A stretch of DNA of 64,000 nt from Takakia lepidozioides (lineage: Eukaryota; Plantae; Bryophyta), in assembly GCA_030704615.1 (NCBI GenBank), contig CM060731.1, positions 49,600,001-49,664,000 on the forward strand, in the 5' to 3' direction. A model generated the notes under the pieces. It did no database searches and was not told the origin of the DNA. It was given only the letters and a program-made list of their open reading frames with translations. A program made the translations under genes and the position numbers. Shown here one piece after another: positions 13,798-26,527 of this stretch; within the stretch, counting starts at the first letter, position 1, and each line of letters opens with the position of its first letter.

Positions 13798-15986
13798 ATG
13801 GGGTTAGCAAACTATTACAGACGGTTTGTTAAGGGATTCAGTGCCATTGCAAAGGCTCTAACCAAGCTGACCAAGGTGGACCAGGAGTGGCAGTGGGAAG
13901 ATGAGCAAGAACAAGCTTTTCAAGAGCTCAAGGCGAGGTTGACCTCGGCGCCCATCTTGAGACGACCTATCAGGGGGCGTCCTTTTCAGCTGCATACAGA
14001 TTGGAGCATGCTGGGGCTTGGAGCGGTGCTCACACAGGTGGATGATGAGGGAAGAGAGTTCGTAGTGGCTTATGCTAGCCGCTCGAACAATGCTGCAGAG
14101 TCTAAGTATAGCTCATATGAGGGAGAATGCTTAGCTGCAGTGTGGGCCATGGCACACTTCAGGTGCTATCTATATGGCAATCTCTTCACCCTTGTCACGG
14201 ATCACCAACCACTCAAGTGGTTGATGGAGTCAGACAAGCTTACGGGGAAGCTTGCACGGTGGGCACTCATCCTTCAAGAGTATGACTTCCAGGTGGTGCA
14301 TCGACCGGGTTTGGTCAATCGAAATGCAGATGGGTTGAGTCGCAATCCATGCACGAGCCAGCAGGATGACACTGGAGCTCGGTGGCATGGTGAGACGGAC
14401 GAGGAGATGGTGCCCGGATGGCATGCATCTGCATTTCTGTGTATCTTGGCAGCGGAAGGCCAGGTTGGACCTACAACAGGGATGGCTGTAGATCAAGTGT
14501 CTGAGGACCCTGAGGCCAGCAATGAGCAAGGTGGCGCCAAAGATATACATGAGGATTCAGTTGTGTTGGACTACCTCCGCAGTGGAGACACGGCAGCCAC
14601 TATGACTGCCAAGGAGAGGGATCGGATCCTACAACGAGCCAAGAGGTTCAGGTGGGAGGGGACACACCTGCTCCGAGTGTGGGAGGATGGTCGAGTGAGG
14701 ATTGTGCCTCACCCAACACAACGGGCACGGTTAGTGCGGCATGCCCATGAGGAGTTGGGGCATTTTGGGGTGCGACGCACTCATAGTCTACTGCAGGGGC
14801 AGTATTGGTGGCGTGGTATGCACACAGAGGTGCAACAATTTGTGGCTAGGTGCATGGTGTGTGACAGGGTGCATGCTTCATTCAACGCCCCTACTCCACA
14901 ATTGCACCCTCTTCCGATCATGGGATTGGGCTACAGGTGGAGTCTTGACTTCGCAGGGCCGTTGCCACTGACCATGCGCCACAACAAGTACGTGTTGGTG
15001 ATGGTGGAGCACTTCTCCAAGTGGATTGAATTGGTTCCATTGCCTGATAAGGCTAGTGAGGGAGCTGTGTATGCATTCCTGGATTGTGTGCTTAGCCGAT
15101 TCGGTGCTCCAGCTGAGGTACTCACGGACCAAGGGAGAGAGTTCTTGGGGAGTTTCAGGCTTTGTGTGACAAGGCCTTGATAGACCACCGCACCACTTCT
15201 CGGGATCATCCTGAAGCCGATGGCTTGGCAGAGAGAGTTGTTCAGATAGTAAAGAGGGGTTTGCGCAAGTATGGCTTGCAGAAGGGACACCTAGGAGATT
15301 GGGACCTTCAGTTACCCTGGTTAGCCATGGGCTACAGGTTCAGCAAGCAAGCATCACTTGCCTCCTTCTCACCATACTTTCTTCTCTTTGGCCGAGAGCC
15401 GGATTTGCCTACATCCATTCGCAGAGAAGCTGCTACAGTTCTTAACCTTGACGATCCGGACGTGTGGGCACGTGCATGTGAGCAGCGTGCAGAGTTGTTC
15501 AAGAGAGTCATGCCCATGGCTTTCGAGAACCTTGCCATTGCACAACACCGTGATACGTTGAGGTATGCTACCATACGTGGTGGGGGCTATCGTCCTGGGG
15601 TTCGGAGATTCAACCCTGGTGACTATGTCTATCTGCAGCAGACTGCTCCTACGACCCTGGATGTGACTGCAGGACGTGTTATTTTGAGGGTTCGAGAGGT
15701 CTTGCCCTCAGGCGTCTTGGTCTTGGAGGGTCGGGATGGCATAACTTGGAAGGACCATGTGCGTAATTGTGCGCCATGTCACCTTCCAAATGTTGATGGC
15801 AGGATTGACCCAAACCTAGTAGTGGTATCTGCAGGTTTGAGGTGCATGTTGTGTGGGTCTGCTAAAGGGGCAGCCACCATGCTGGTGTGCGATCGATGCT
15901 CTAGAGGTTGGCATATGGGATGCTTGACTCCACCTCTTGAGATGGTTCCGGATGGGGATTGGTTATGTCCACATTGCATTGGATAG
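13798..15986 (+). pseudogene. pol: B1 RNase H + integrase + C-terminal PHD finger (frameshift near 15150)
   Basis: HTDWS..GLGAVL, YEGECLA, TDHQPL; HEELGH...CMVC; SLDFAGP, TDQGREF, DGLAER; PHD CMLC...CDRC..WH..C...W.CPHC at about 15843-15980. Confidence 0.93.
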
Positions 15987-16246
15987 TGGGAGTGGATACA
16001 ACCATGGAAGGCTAACAAGAAACGCAAGGCCCAGCTACTAGGAGACCTTGAACACACGAGGTCCTGGCTCAAGTTCACAGATTGCAAGATGGCGACTAAC
16101 GATGGGGCTACTCTTGTACCCGACCTCTTGGTCTATAGAGTTTGAGTACAATAGGGACAGTGATAGAGGACTTAGTACGGCTGTGGCTATTACATCTTGT
16201 AGCTATCTGGAGGTAGAGGGACCTATCCACCAGCTAAGGGGGCGAT

Positions 16247-16770
16247 TGTGGCAGACTACTTTATTGTGCATATATGTGTGGTGTGGTTTGGACAGCGATG
16301 TAGTTGTGTAGCGATATGTATGCGCACGACAGCTGTCAAGTTAAATAAGCACAGTGTGAAAACAGCTAGAATAAAACTAGTTATTTGTATTTAACACTTG
16401 GATTTAGGTCAAGTGTTAAATCAGGTGTCAAGTTTAGTTTGACACCTGGTCCGTCTTATCTTCACGAGAGCGGCAGTCGCGCGGCTCATCTTTCTCGAGT
16501 TGAGCCTGCGCGACCGAGCTCCTGCATGCGTTTAGATCTGAGTGTACTCATGATGGGAGTGTAGGTTGTTGTGGGGTGGAGTCCCCATAGCTTGGGGTGT
16601 CCCTGGCTCGACTACTATTATAAAGAGTGATAGCGATGGATTTCATATGTTTTGTGTCAACAGTGTCTCTATGCTTGTTTATCATTGTGGCAGACTACTT
16701 TATTGTGCATATATGTGTGGTGTGGTTTGGACAGCGATGTAGTTGTGTAGCAATATGTATGCGCACGACA
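16247..16770 (+). repeat. B1 3' LTR, bounded by an 85-bp direct repeat (16247-16331 and 16686-16770)
   Basis: Preceded by PPT AAGGGGGCGAT; TGTGG...CGACA; homologous structure in B2 at 39729-40567. Confidence 0.8.
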
Positions 16771-19602
16771 ACCTTATGATTGTGCAATTGAGATGCAAGA
16801 AAGAGCTCAACCACCATTCGGCCCGATCTACAATTTATCTCAGACGGAGCTGGCTGTTTTACGCGAATACATTAATGATCGACTTTAGAGGAGCTTACAA
16901 CCTTGTACGAATAAGAGAATGAGACGAATAGAAGACTACTTTTCGCACAAGGTACGGACATTTCGAATACAATGGTATGCCTTGGACGACATTTTAATAT
17001 TTTCACAGAATGAAGAAGAACACGGTCGCCATATACGCCTTGTCCTTGATAAATTGAGGGAAAAAGGACTATATGCCAAGTTGAAAAAATGTCTTTTCCA
17101 CCAATCTGAAATCGAATTTTTGGGCTACATTATTTCCGACAAATGAGTCTTTATGGATCAGAAGAAAATACAAACCATCATTTTCGGCTTCAACAAAACA
17201 ATGGAATTGATATCCATGGACTATTGGTGGCCGTAGATGTGGAAACTCGTGAAAGAATTTATAAAATCTTGCGACACGTGTGCTAGAGCGAAGGGACCAA
17301 GACATCGACCTTACGGCCTTCTTCAACCATTACCCATTCCCAAAGGCCTATGATCGTCCGTGTCTATGGACTTTATTACGGACCTTCCAATTTCCAAGAC
17401 CACCGATTCAATCCTTGTTATTGTAGATCGTTTTACGAAGATGAGACATTTCATTCCATATAATAAGACGGTTACCGACGAGGAAACTGCAAGACTCTTC
17501 CTCAATAATATCTACCGCATTCATGGACTCCCGAATGATATCGTATCTGATCGAGGACCACATTTCATATCAAATTTCTGGAGGGGATTATTTCATATAT
17601 TAGATACTAAGATCAACCTCTCTACAACTAATCATCCACAGACTGATGATGGTCAAACCGAACGTGTAAACCACATTTTGGAGCAGTATCTTCGCTGTAC
17701 AATAAATTATTACCAAGATAATTGGACGGACCTTCTGTCATTGGCTGAGTTTGCCTACAACAACACTATACATTCTTTGACCAAACAAACTCCATTTTTC
17801 TCCAATTATGGTCATCATCCTCGAGCAAACCCTTTCCACATGAAGACTGTTGGAAGCCCTACTGCAGAAAACCTTGCTACTCATCTTGCTATGATTCACA
17901 AGGAGCTTACATTCCACCTCGCAGAAGCTCAAAATAATACAAGAAGTATGCAGATCAACGTCGCCAACTCCAACCCCAGTTCAAGGTCGGAGATCGTTTG
18001 TGGCTTCTTCGACGGAACATACAAACCTCGCGACCATCAAGGAAGTTGGATTATCAACACCTGGGACCATTCAAAATTATTCGACAAATAAATCCGATCA
18101 GTTTTCGGCTTGAACTCCCACGAAGTATGCGCATTCATCCAGTCTTTCATGTTTCATTATTGGAGTTGTATCATTCATCAAATATTCCAGGGAGAGTCTC
18201 CGTACCACCTCCACCAATTGAAGTCAATCAGAAAATTGAGTATGAAGTCGACGAAGTCCTAGATTTTTGCATCAAGTATAAACGTCTTGAGTATTTCTTA
18301 CATTGGAAAGGCTACGACATCAGCGAACGAACGTGAGAACCTTCATCCAACCTCGCCAATGCATCTGACAAAGGCCAAGAGTTTCATCAACGATATCCAG
18401 CTAAGCCCCGAGCTACACGTCAATAAGACGTCACAATGATGATGTCAGCCAAGTTAGCTTCAAGATAAAGACTCCACATTCAATGTACCTTATACACGCT
18501 AAGGAGGGAGGAGCACCACACATCAGTATATATAGCTACAATTGCAGCACTTGCAGCACTCTTGCATCTTGTATTGGCAGTATGGAGTCACAGGAACCAG
18601 ATGGAGTTGTCGCTTACCCAGCTACCAGATCAGCCGTTCCGACTCTCACAACCTTCAACATCACGCCGACGCTCTCGAGACGATGGGCCACCAATGCGAT
18701 GCGTACTTCATCGTCTAGACCCCGTACGACGGCAAGTGGAGCCTACTCGAAGTCTGATAATTCTATTGGAGGTTGAGGCTTCGGACCTAGAGGGCAACGA
18801 AATCATGTTTGAAGGCAGCTTCGAAAATCAGAATGTTCAAATCACTGCGTGGTCCCAAGTTCAAGGTGTTGGACACTATCGATAGTTGCAGGGACCTATA
18901 AATCATTTGAGTCAAGAACGAAGAGCCGAATACTTGGCGAGTACCATTCGCCGGATTTTGGATTTTCTCCAATTCTAAGCAAGTCCAAGATTTTACCGTT
19001 CCTCGAGAAACTCGGTGCTAGATGAGGGGGTGATGTCACGGACATAGCCCAGAGGAACTTACCAGGAGTAAATACCAAAAGTTATCAAGTTATCATGTTA
19101 TCGGAAGTTATCATGACTTACCATGATTTACCATGATTTACCATTACTTACCATGTTACCGGGAGTTTATCAAATTACCAAGAGTAACTTAGGAAACTCC
19201 TCATGAAGCTTCCTTTGGAGGAAACTTCTCCATCAAGAAACCTCCATAGGGGAAGCTTTTTAGGAGACTTCTTAGTAGCCAGTATATATAGGAGGCGAGA
19301 CTGGACACTCTTCAGTCTCGCCAACACCAGTTCAAGCTACTCTTGTTTCTAATTCCTAGTACTCCAGTCCAGTTCCCAGTACTCTAGCCCAGTTTCCAGT
19401 ATCTGGTACTCTAGTCCAGTTTCCAGCATTCCAGTATTCAAGTCGTGTTCCATTATCTTGTACTCTTGTTCATTGTTATAAAGATCGTCTTGATTCCTAT
19501 TTATTCATCGTGCATACGGCCACGCCGACCTTGACTTCTTGTCTAGTCTTTACCTCTAGTCTAATCTCTTGTTTGTGTTCAATCATGTTTTTGTCCTTGA
19601 CA
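16771..19602 (+). mobile_element. Decayed chromovirus C (Tcn1/Tf-like Gypsy): RT remnants, integrase, chromodomain, 3' LTR
   Basis: PYDCAIE..PPFGPIYNLS; SMDFITDLP, IVSDRG, HPQT.GQTER, GPF, IHPVFHVSLL; chromodomain EYEVDEVLD...EYFLHWKGY; multiple internal deletions. Confidence 0.88.
19034..19602 (+). repeat. 3' LTR of element C
   Basis: PPT GATGAGGGGG immediately upstream; inverted termini TGTCA...TGACA; TATA-like TATATATA near 19283. Confidence 0.8.
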
Positions 19603-21634
19603 CTAGGAAGCAAATTCAACAGTAGTAGAGAGGGGGGGGGGAGGTGAAGGGAGAGAGCCCCAATCGCAATAAAACCCCAGTATCGTTCTCCTAACCCTGG
19701 TGGATAGAGTGCAGTCGGTCAGGCAATGTTCAATTGACTATGGCTGGGCCTAGTACAGATTGCATGCGGAATTATTGAGCTGAGTGGCTGCATTGACAGG
19801 CAATATTCTGTGGGCCAGCTTCCATAAAAAACTAGAGATCTTAGCTGCTCTCTGTTTTTTCCAGATGTCTTTCCACATCCGGTCCCGTTGAGCTTGTGTG
19901 AGGTTTAGTTGCCCCCATTTTGTGGTCCACTTAGCTAGGAAGGATCTGGGTGAAGGGAGAGTTTGCTCTCATTTTGGTTATATTTTGAGTTTGGTCCCGT
20001 TTTTTGTTTTTTCTTGTATATTAATCTCATGTTTTTTTTACCTTTATTGCACTTCAACCTATCTTTTGGCCAAACTGGCCTAACTCACCCTCCATCCCCT
20101 GGACTTAACGGATAATTTTATTGGCATGAATGGTTGCTCACACAAACACAACATCCCAAACAAAATGAAATCTTTACGAAAAATAATATAATAATATAAT
20201 ATTTGGCCCTACCCCCAGGCAGGACTGCGAAGAACTTTTCAAGGAGCTTACACTCCCTCCCCTGTGACCCAGTGTCACCCCCATTGGAGTTACACTCCCT
20301 GTCACTTTGGAGAGGAGGTGGAAATGACTTGATATGTTGGAAACCAGCATGTCATCGAGATCGCAGGTGTGCATTAACCCTTAAATGACGACGCGACCTG
20401 AATCAGGTTGGGTCATTTTTCATCCATCCTGTAACTTCTTTGGATGAAGTCTGATTTCATTCATCCCTGAACAAAAAATGTAGCGCGGAAAATTCCCTGT
20501 CCGCTCTAATTTAGAACGGGCAGAAACAGTAAAAACTCTGCCGTCTAGAATTTTCTAAGTTGAGAGGGGGGGGGGGGTGAATAAAAATGCCGGCGGTGTT
20601 GACCCTGCTGATGTGGCAGGCTCGAAGGCCCAGTGGGCTAGATTTGCCGGCGTGGGATTCCACCCTGTGAAATATGCGATGCCTGGAGTTGATTTCATGA
20701 GGGCCCGCGGAGTTTTTGGCATAATCCAAAAAACATTTCACCACTGTCTCTCCATTGCTGCAGAGCAGAACCTCACAGTAGGAATTATGTTTCCGAAAAA
20801 GAAAGAAAGTATCCGATGGGCCAGATTGCAAAGTAGTGTACAAGAAATGCATTTTTACCCCCCCCCCCCCCCCCCCCCCAATTTGACATACAAAGGACGC
20901 TCAATATATTTTGGGGGGATTGGCTACAAATTCCTGCATCCATGGTGTGAGTGCCCAAGAACGTGACTATGTAGGGCATTCCCAAATGAAAAATAAAAAA
21001 ACCCCCATTCGCCAAAGCTTTTTTTTTGGGTAGAATTGGTGGGCATGTGAAAAAACAACATCACCATTTTCATATAATCTACCAATTGCAACGGTGAAAC
21101 TCTCTGAAAATTCATGGGCAGATGGATGTGGTAGGTAGGAACATTTCTCTAAGGTCCATTTCTATGGATGATTCAGGGCAGGAAGTCATCCATCCCACTA
21201 TGTATGCTTTTTGGGTTGGCCCACCAAAACTGTGGTCGGGGTTAAGGGTTAAGTTCTTAGAGCATCCCCACCCTTGAGCCCGAAAAAATCCTTGTAATGC
21301 CAAAGATAGTGTCATCGATTCAGGGCCTGCTGGGTTCTGTGGCGCGGCAGCCCGACTCGCTTGTCCCTGAATCGCCCACACTATCCCCCCTCGCCTCCCA
21401 TTGGCAGGAAGGGGCGAGGTCTCCACCAAGAAGCTGATAGGCACGCGCTTGGTCACGTTGACTTGGATTCAGGGTCGTTCTGTGCACTGAATACGGCGCT
21501 CGGTTCAGTGCACTGAACGATATTCAGTGCCCGCTTTTCATGGGATATAGGGTTTAGTGCATGGGTGGGGACGTGTTCCCGCCCAGCATACCCTCGTATT
21601 CCGTTGGCTTGTTGGGTTCAGTGTAGGGTGGGGA

Positions 21635-22574
21635 TGTTAGAGGACTGTCTGGGACTTAGACACTTATACGGGATCTTTAGGGTACCCTTAATTTTTGCAC
21701 AGACTGAGACCAACAGGAGCCTTAGGGGTGACAGCAGCGCACTTTAGAAGGGGGTTACACAGCCCGTCACAGCCAACACAGCCCGACACAGCCCATCACA
21801 GCCAACACAGCCCGTCACAGCCGACACAGCCAGTAACAGCCCGACACAGCCAAACACAGTCGCACAGCCAGTCACAGCCCGACACAGCCGGTCACAACCC
21901 GTCACAGTTTCACACAGCCAGTCACAGCTTGACACAGCTGTCACGACCATAGGGAAAAGATAGCAGGACATGGAACGACTGTGGGGAACAACACCTGCGA
22001 AGGGAACATGTTAGTTCACGGACGACGGTTAGTGAGGGAAGCGGTTAAGAACAACGGATAGGAAGATAAAAGGAGGAGCAAGGACTGAAGGGGTGACTTC
22101 ACGGAGGGACTTGGGGGTCATGCATGAGAGGGGATCGGGCGGAGAGCAAGAACGGAAGCAAAGATGGAGGAGGAGAGATGATTAGTAGATGCTTGTTATA
22201 TGCAAAGCTGTAGTGATATTGTAGAGCAGATTAGAGACACAATGGCTTCGGCCTGATACCTGATAAATCATAATCTGATACTTATACGATACAATCACAC
22301 TGTGTAGAGAGATCTGAGTGAAGTTGTGGAATGAATGGATGAGTTGATGGAATCCGATAGATTGATGAAGCAAACTGATACTTAATTATCAATAGTAAGG
22401 TAGCTAACATGAATGCGGAAAGGAAAACAAATAGGAAACACCCCCATGATACACTAGCTGTAGGTCATGACTGATTGTTCTGAGCGGGCTGAGTACTTAG
22501 AGATTTCCAACTCTTCTATCTTGGAGTTTCCGCCTCGGATAGCGAAGGGATGGGTGAGTAAAAGCCGCGCGACA
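21635..22574 (+). repeat. A2 5' LTR
   Basis: TGTTAG...CGACA; its first ~680 bp closely match 31857-32532. Confidence 0.92.
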
Positions 22575-23162
22575 TTTGGTGACCATACTGGGGAACTGAG
22601 TCATGAACAACCAGATGTGACAGGCATCTGGTGGGATCATGGTGGTTGGACCATTAAAGAATTTGAAGTGAATCAAATTCCCTGTGGAACGAAGGAAGAA
22701 AGATTGTCCAAACAATTCTTTCAAAGGTTCTTGGAATTGCCAGACGATTGTAAAGAAAATATTCTTAAGCGAGTGCATGATGCTGATCCAGAATGGGGTC
22801 TGGAGAAAGGAGTGATAAAGATTTATCAGGTAGCCTGTAGAGGAAGAGCGCGTTGGTTACCAACGTTGGTTTATGTGATAGCATTGCTATCCATTAAGCG
22901 AGTAGAGTTTGAAGGCTGGGAAGAAAGAAAGGTGAATGTTTATACTCATATGCATGAAGAGCTTGTACTGGTAAAGAATTGGATTCCAAAGGATATTTTG
23001 TGGATCAAACTCACACCAAGAACAGCTTTTCAGACTTGTTTGCCATATGGTTATATGGTAACGGAGACTTCAAGTATAACCAAGGGTGCATTGAAGCTTG
23101 AAAGAAACCCAGGCATATACGAGAGATATTACAGAAGAGAGTTTTGGTTATTGCCACATTAA
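22467..23162 (+). CDS. A2 upstream ORF (231 aa, unknown function)
   Basis: Intact homolog of 7434-8129. Confidence 0.6.
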   Translation: MTDCSERAEYLEISNSSILEFPPRIAKGWVSKSRATFGDHTGELSHEQPDVTGIWWDHGGWTIKEFEVNQIPCGTKEERLSKQFFQRFLELPDDCKENILKRVHDADPEWGLEKGVIKIYQVACRGRARWLPTLVYVIALLSIKRVEFEGWEERKVNVYTHMHEELVLVKNWIPKDILWIKLTPRTAFQTCLPYGYMVTETSSITKGALKLERNPGIYERYYRREFWLLPH

Positions 23163-23184
23163 AAAGAAATGAAAGACATGGGAC

Positions 23185-26100
23185 ATGAGTGATGAAAGAG
23201 AAGATAGACGCCAGAGATATTCAGTAAAAAGAGAAATCTATCTGAAAGCTAATTATCCATATCTTTGGGAGAGAGGAATAGACATAGGGGAATCATCTGG
23301 ACCTCTCACCATTAAGATCAAAGAGTACATCACCCATACCGGAAGAACTAGAGTTGGATACCACTCCTTCTGTTTCTTTGCAAGAAAGATTAAGGGAATT
23401 GATACGAGAAGAAGATCAATCACGAGGTGAAAGATCTGAGGTACATCCCTGGATAAAAGATTTGACAGAAATCTTTGATAAGAGTTGGCATGGAACACCA
23501 AAAGCAGGAACTCCAGTTTCTGAAGCGGAAGGTGAAGAAGGAGGAGAGGATGTGGCAGAGCCAACGGAGAGTTCAGACTCTCCAACACCATTGCAGTTGA
23601 GTTACATGAGTGAAGAAGAAACCCAAGGACAGAACTTGGAAGATGAAAACAGGGAGAAGAAATTGGAAGAGTATGAAGAAGTAGACCCAACAGCTGAGGT
23701 TGAGACTACAACCAGGACATCCCAACCCGTTGGACCTGGATCAAGTGGAGCACTTGGATCACAGGCCAACGAAGGTGTTGGCTCAGGGGGATCAGGCGAG
23801 CGGCCTGGATCTGGCTCCGGGGGGACAGGGAGTGTGGGAAGTAGTGCAACTGAAGCTGGGAATACTGTGAATATCGTGGGGCCAGTAGCAGGGAGTGCTC
23901 AAGGGCCACCACTTGGTGGAAGATCCACCACAAAAACAACAGGTCCAGAAGGACCAGCACCAGCAAGGGTGCCAGCACCTGTCAGTGGGCAGAAGGTAGG
24001 GCCACAGATGGCGTTACAACCAACACGGGCAAAACCACCCTTTCCAATATATTCAGGAAAAAGGGATCCCGATGTACACATTAGCCAATTTGAGCACATG
24101 TGTATAGTGAACAATGAGAATGGCGATGATGCCAAGATGAGATTGTTTCCTTGTTCACTTATCAAGAAAGCAAGTGAATGGTATGCAAGATTCCCTGATA
24201 ATCATTTCCTAACCTGGAATGGCTTGAATACAACATTTCGAAATAGGTTCAGAACAAGTAAAACTGAGGATGAAGTGTATGGAAGTTTACAACAGTTAAA
24301 GCAAAAGAAGCATGAAACTGTTGAGGAGTATATGGAAAAGATGGAATTGATGATGAAAAAGCTGGCTGCAGTACCAGCACCCGGTTTACAATAGACTTGG
24401 TTTGTGAGTGGACTAAGACCAGAGTTGCAAAAGAAAGTGGATATGTTACCCCATAATACAGTGGAGGAGGCATTTGAAACTGCAAACAAAATTGAGCAAT
24501 TGGGAATGCTCAGGAGAGAGAAAAGGGATGATGCGGACTCTGAGGATGAGTCAGATGAAGAAGAAGAGCAAGAACTAAAAAGGAAGAGTAAGAGAAAGGA
24601 GAAGTTGAAGAGGGATAACTATGAAAAAAGATTGGAAGAAATCTTGAAGAAGTATGCCACAGAGGCTGCAACACATTGGAGGAAGGGTGTATGGTGTGCA
24701 AAGTGCCAAAATGAAGGCCATACCACCACAGAATGCCACATGAAGGAGAAACACTGTACTATCTGTAAAATGGATAACCATTCTACTGAGAATTGTTACT
24801 ACAACAGAAGGACAGCTGCAAGAGAACCTAGGCAAGTAAGGGTGCATCAGGTGCAGCCCCAGCCAAGAAGAAACAATGATCAGGACCACTATGGTAGGTC
24901 TGGTGGTTATAACAATGGCATGGAAGGGAGAGGTAATTCAAGAGGAAATTACCAAGGGAATTCCAGAGGCAACTATCAGGGTAATCCAAGGGGGAATTAC
25001 CAGCCCGGGAATCAGGATTATAGAAATAATCCAAGAACAGACCAAGGGCGAGGACCCAATGGTGAAGAACTATGTTACTATTGTAATCAGCCAGGACATC
25101 GCAGGGCAGCCTGTTCATTCTGGATAAGACACCAGAATGAGATGAGAGCTCCTGTGAATGAGGGCCCAGTGGTGGCAGCTCACATGGTTAGGCCATGTGT
25201 TGTACCAGAAGTAAGTACAATGATAGTAACCAGAAGCAAAGCCAAACTAATACCTCCAGTAGCTGAGGAAGATGATGATAATGAAGATGGCAGTGATATG
25301 CGTGAAGATGAAGAGACTTGGAAAGATGAGAAGGAACTGCACAAGGAAGTGGCAAATACCATAAGGGAAATGCAGAAGAGTACTGATATTCCTGTGGCAG
25401 ATTCCTCTGATTCTCATGGAGAAGAAGAAGTGAGTGAGGATGAAAGGAAGAAAGAAGATGCAGACATGCAAAGTAATGAAGAGACTTTGGCTGAAGTAAT
25501 ATGCCAGACCAAAGCAGAGATTACCATTGGACAACTATTGGCTGTGGCACCTTATTGTAGGCACAGGCTGTATCAAGCAATCAATCGAATTGCCCAGGAG
25601 ACAGGAAACACAGACCTGAACAGCAAGGTGACCAGTTATAATGTGAAGTCGGAAGGGCGAGAAACAGTCATGGACTTTGATGATTCTATGCCAGTAATCC
25701 AATTGAGAATTGGAAGCACAGAACTAACTGATGTACTGATAGATGGAGGTTCTGGAGTAAATATCATGACAGACCAATTAAGAAAGAAGCTTGGTCTAAG
25801 TAACATGAAACCAGCCCCATTTACAGTAACAATGGCAGATCAAAGAAGTGTACAGCCATTGGGATTAATAAGAAGAGTTAAGATACAGATACAGAAGATG
25901 ATCTTTATGATCACAGTAACTGTGTTGAAGATGGATGAAGTCATGGAGGCTTACTCCTTATTATTGGGACGTCCGTGGCTGAAACAGGCCAGGGTATTCC
26001 ATGACTGGAATTATCAGTTACTAACCGTGCATAATGGGATACACGAGATACAAATTACCACAAAGAAATCTAGTAGATTACCTGCTACAAGAAGACCTCG

Positions 26101-26527
26101 AGGAGTCAGAGAGTATGATTGGAAAGGAGGACTGGATGAGGAACAGGAAGCTACCCTATTTGCTGCACACCCAGAGTGGGAGCAGGTTGCAGAGATGCGG
26201 CTGGAAAGCCTAAGTTGTTTAAGAGGTATCTGCTGTGGTGTAGTGACAGCAACACCAACTGAAGAGGAAACCAGCAGTTACCCATCACATTTCTATGAAG
26301 AAAGAGAAGGAGAAATGGAAATCCTAGAGGAACCAGCCACTGTGAGCTTACAGGATGAAGTGGTGACTGGTTGGACAATCACAGCTGATGAGCAGGTGAG
26401 GGAAGTGAATGTGGGAACTAAAGAGGAACCGAGGATGGTGAAAGTAGGAGCTGATTTGGAGCCGGAATTCTTTGAAGAAACTAAAAGCTTGTTCATCAAA
26501 TACAAAGATGTATTTGCTTGAAGCTAT
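23185..26527 (+). pseudogene. gag: A2 gag + protease (frameshift ~23310, stops at 24392 and 26519)
   Basis: Colinear with A1 gag-PR; three CCHC knuckles incl. CYYCNQPGHRRAAC; LIDGGSG; contains a ~325-bp acidic segment missing from A1. Confidence 0.9.

Larger units (their letters stand above)
9047..16770 (+). mobile_element. Ty3/Gypsy LTR retrotransposon B1 carrying a C5 DNA methyltransferase and an integrase-PHD; 5' part displaced by the A1 insertion
   Basis: gag-PR-DNMT-RT-RNaseH-INT-PHD-PPT-LTR in order; several stops/frameshifts. Confidence 0.93.

Noticed and set aside
19620-21634. DNA transposon or Helitron remnant (hairpins near 20510 and 21483-21530, poly-G/C runs)
   Set aside because: No paired TIRs, TSD or coding remnant recognisable.
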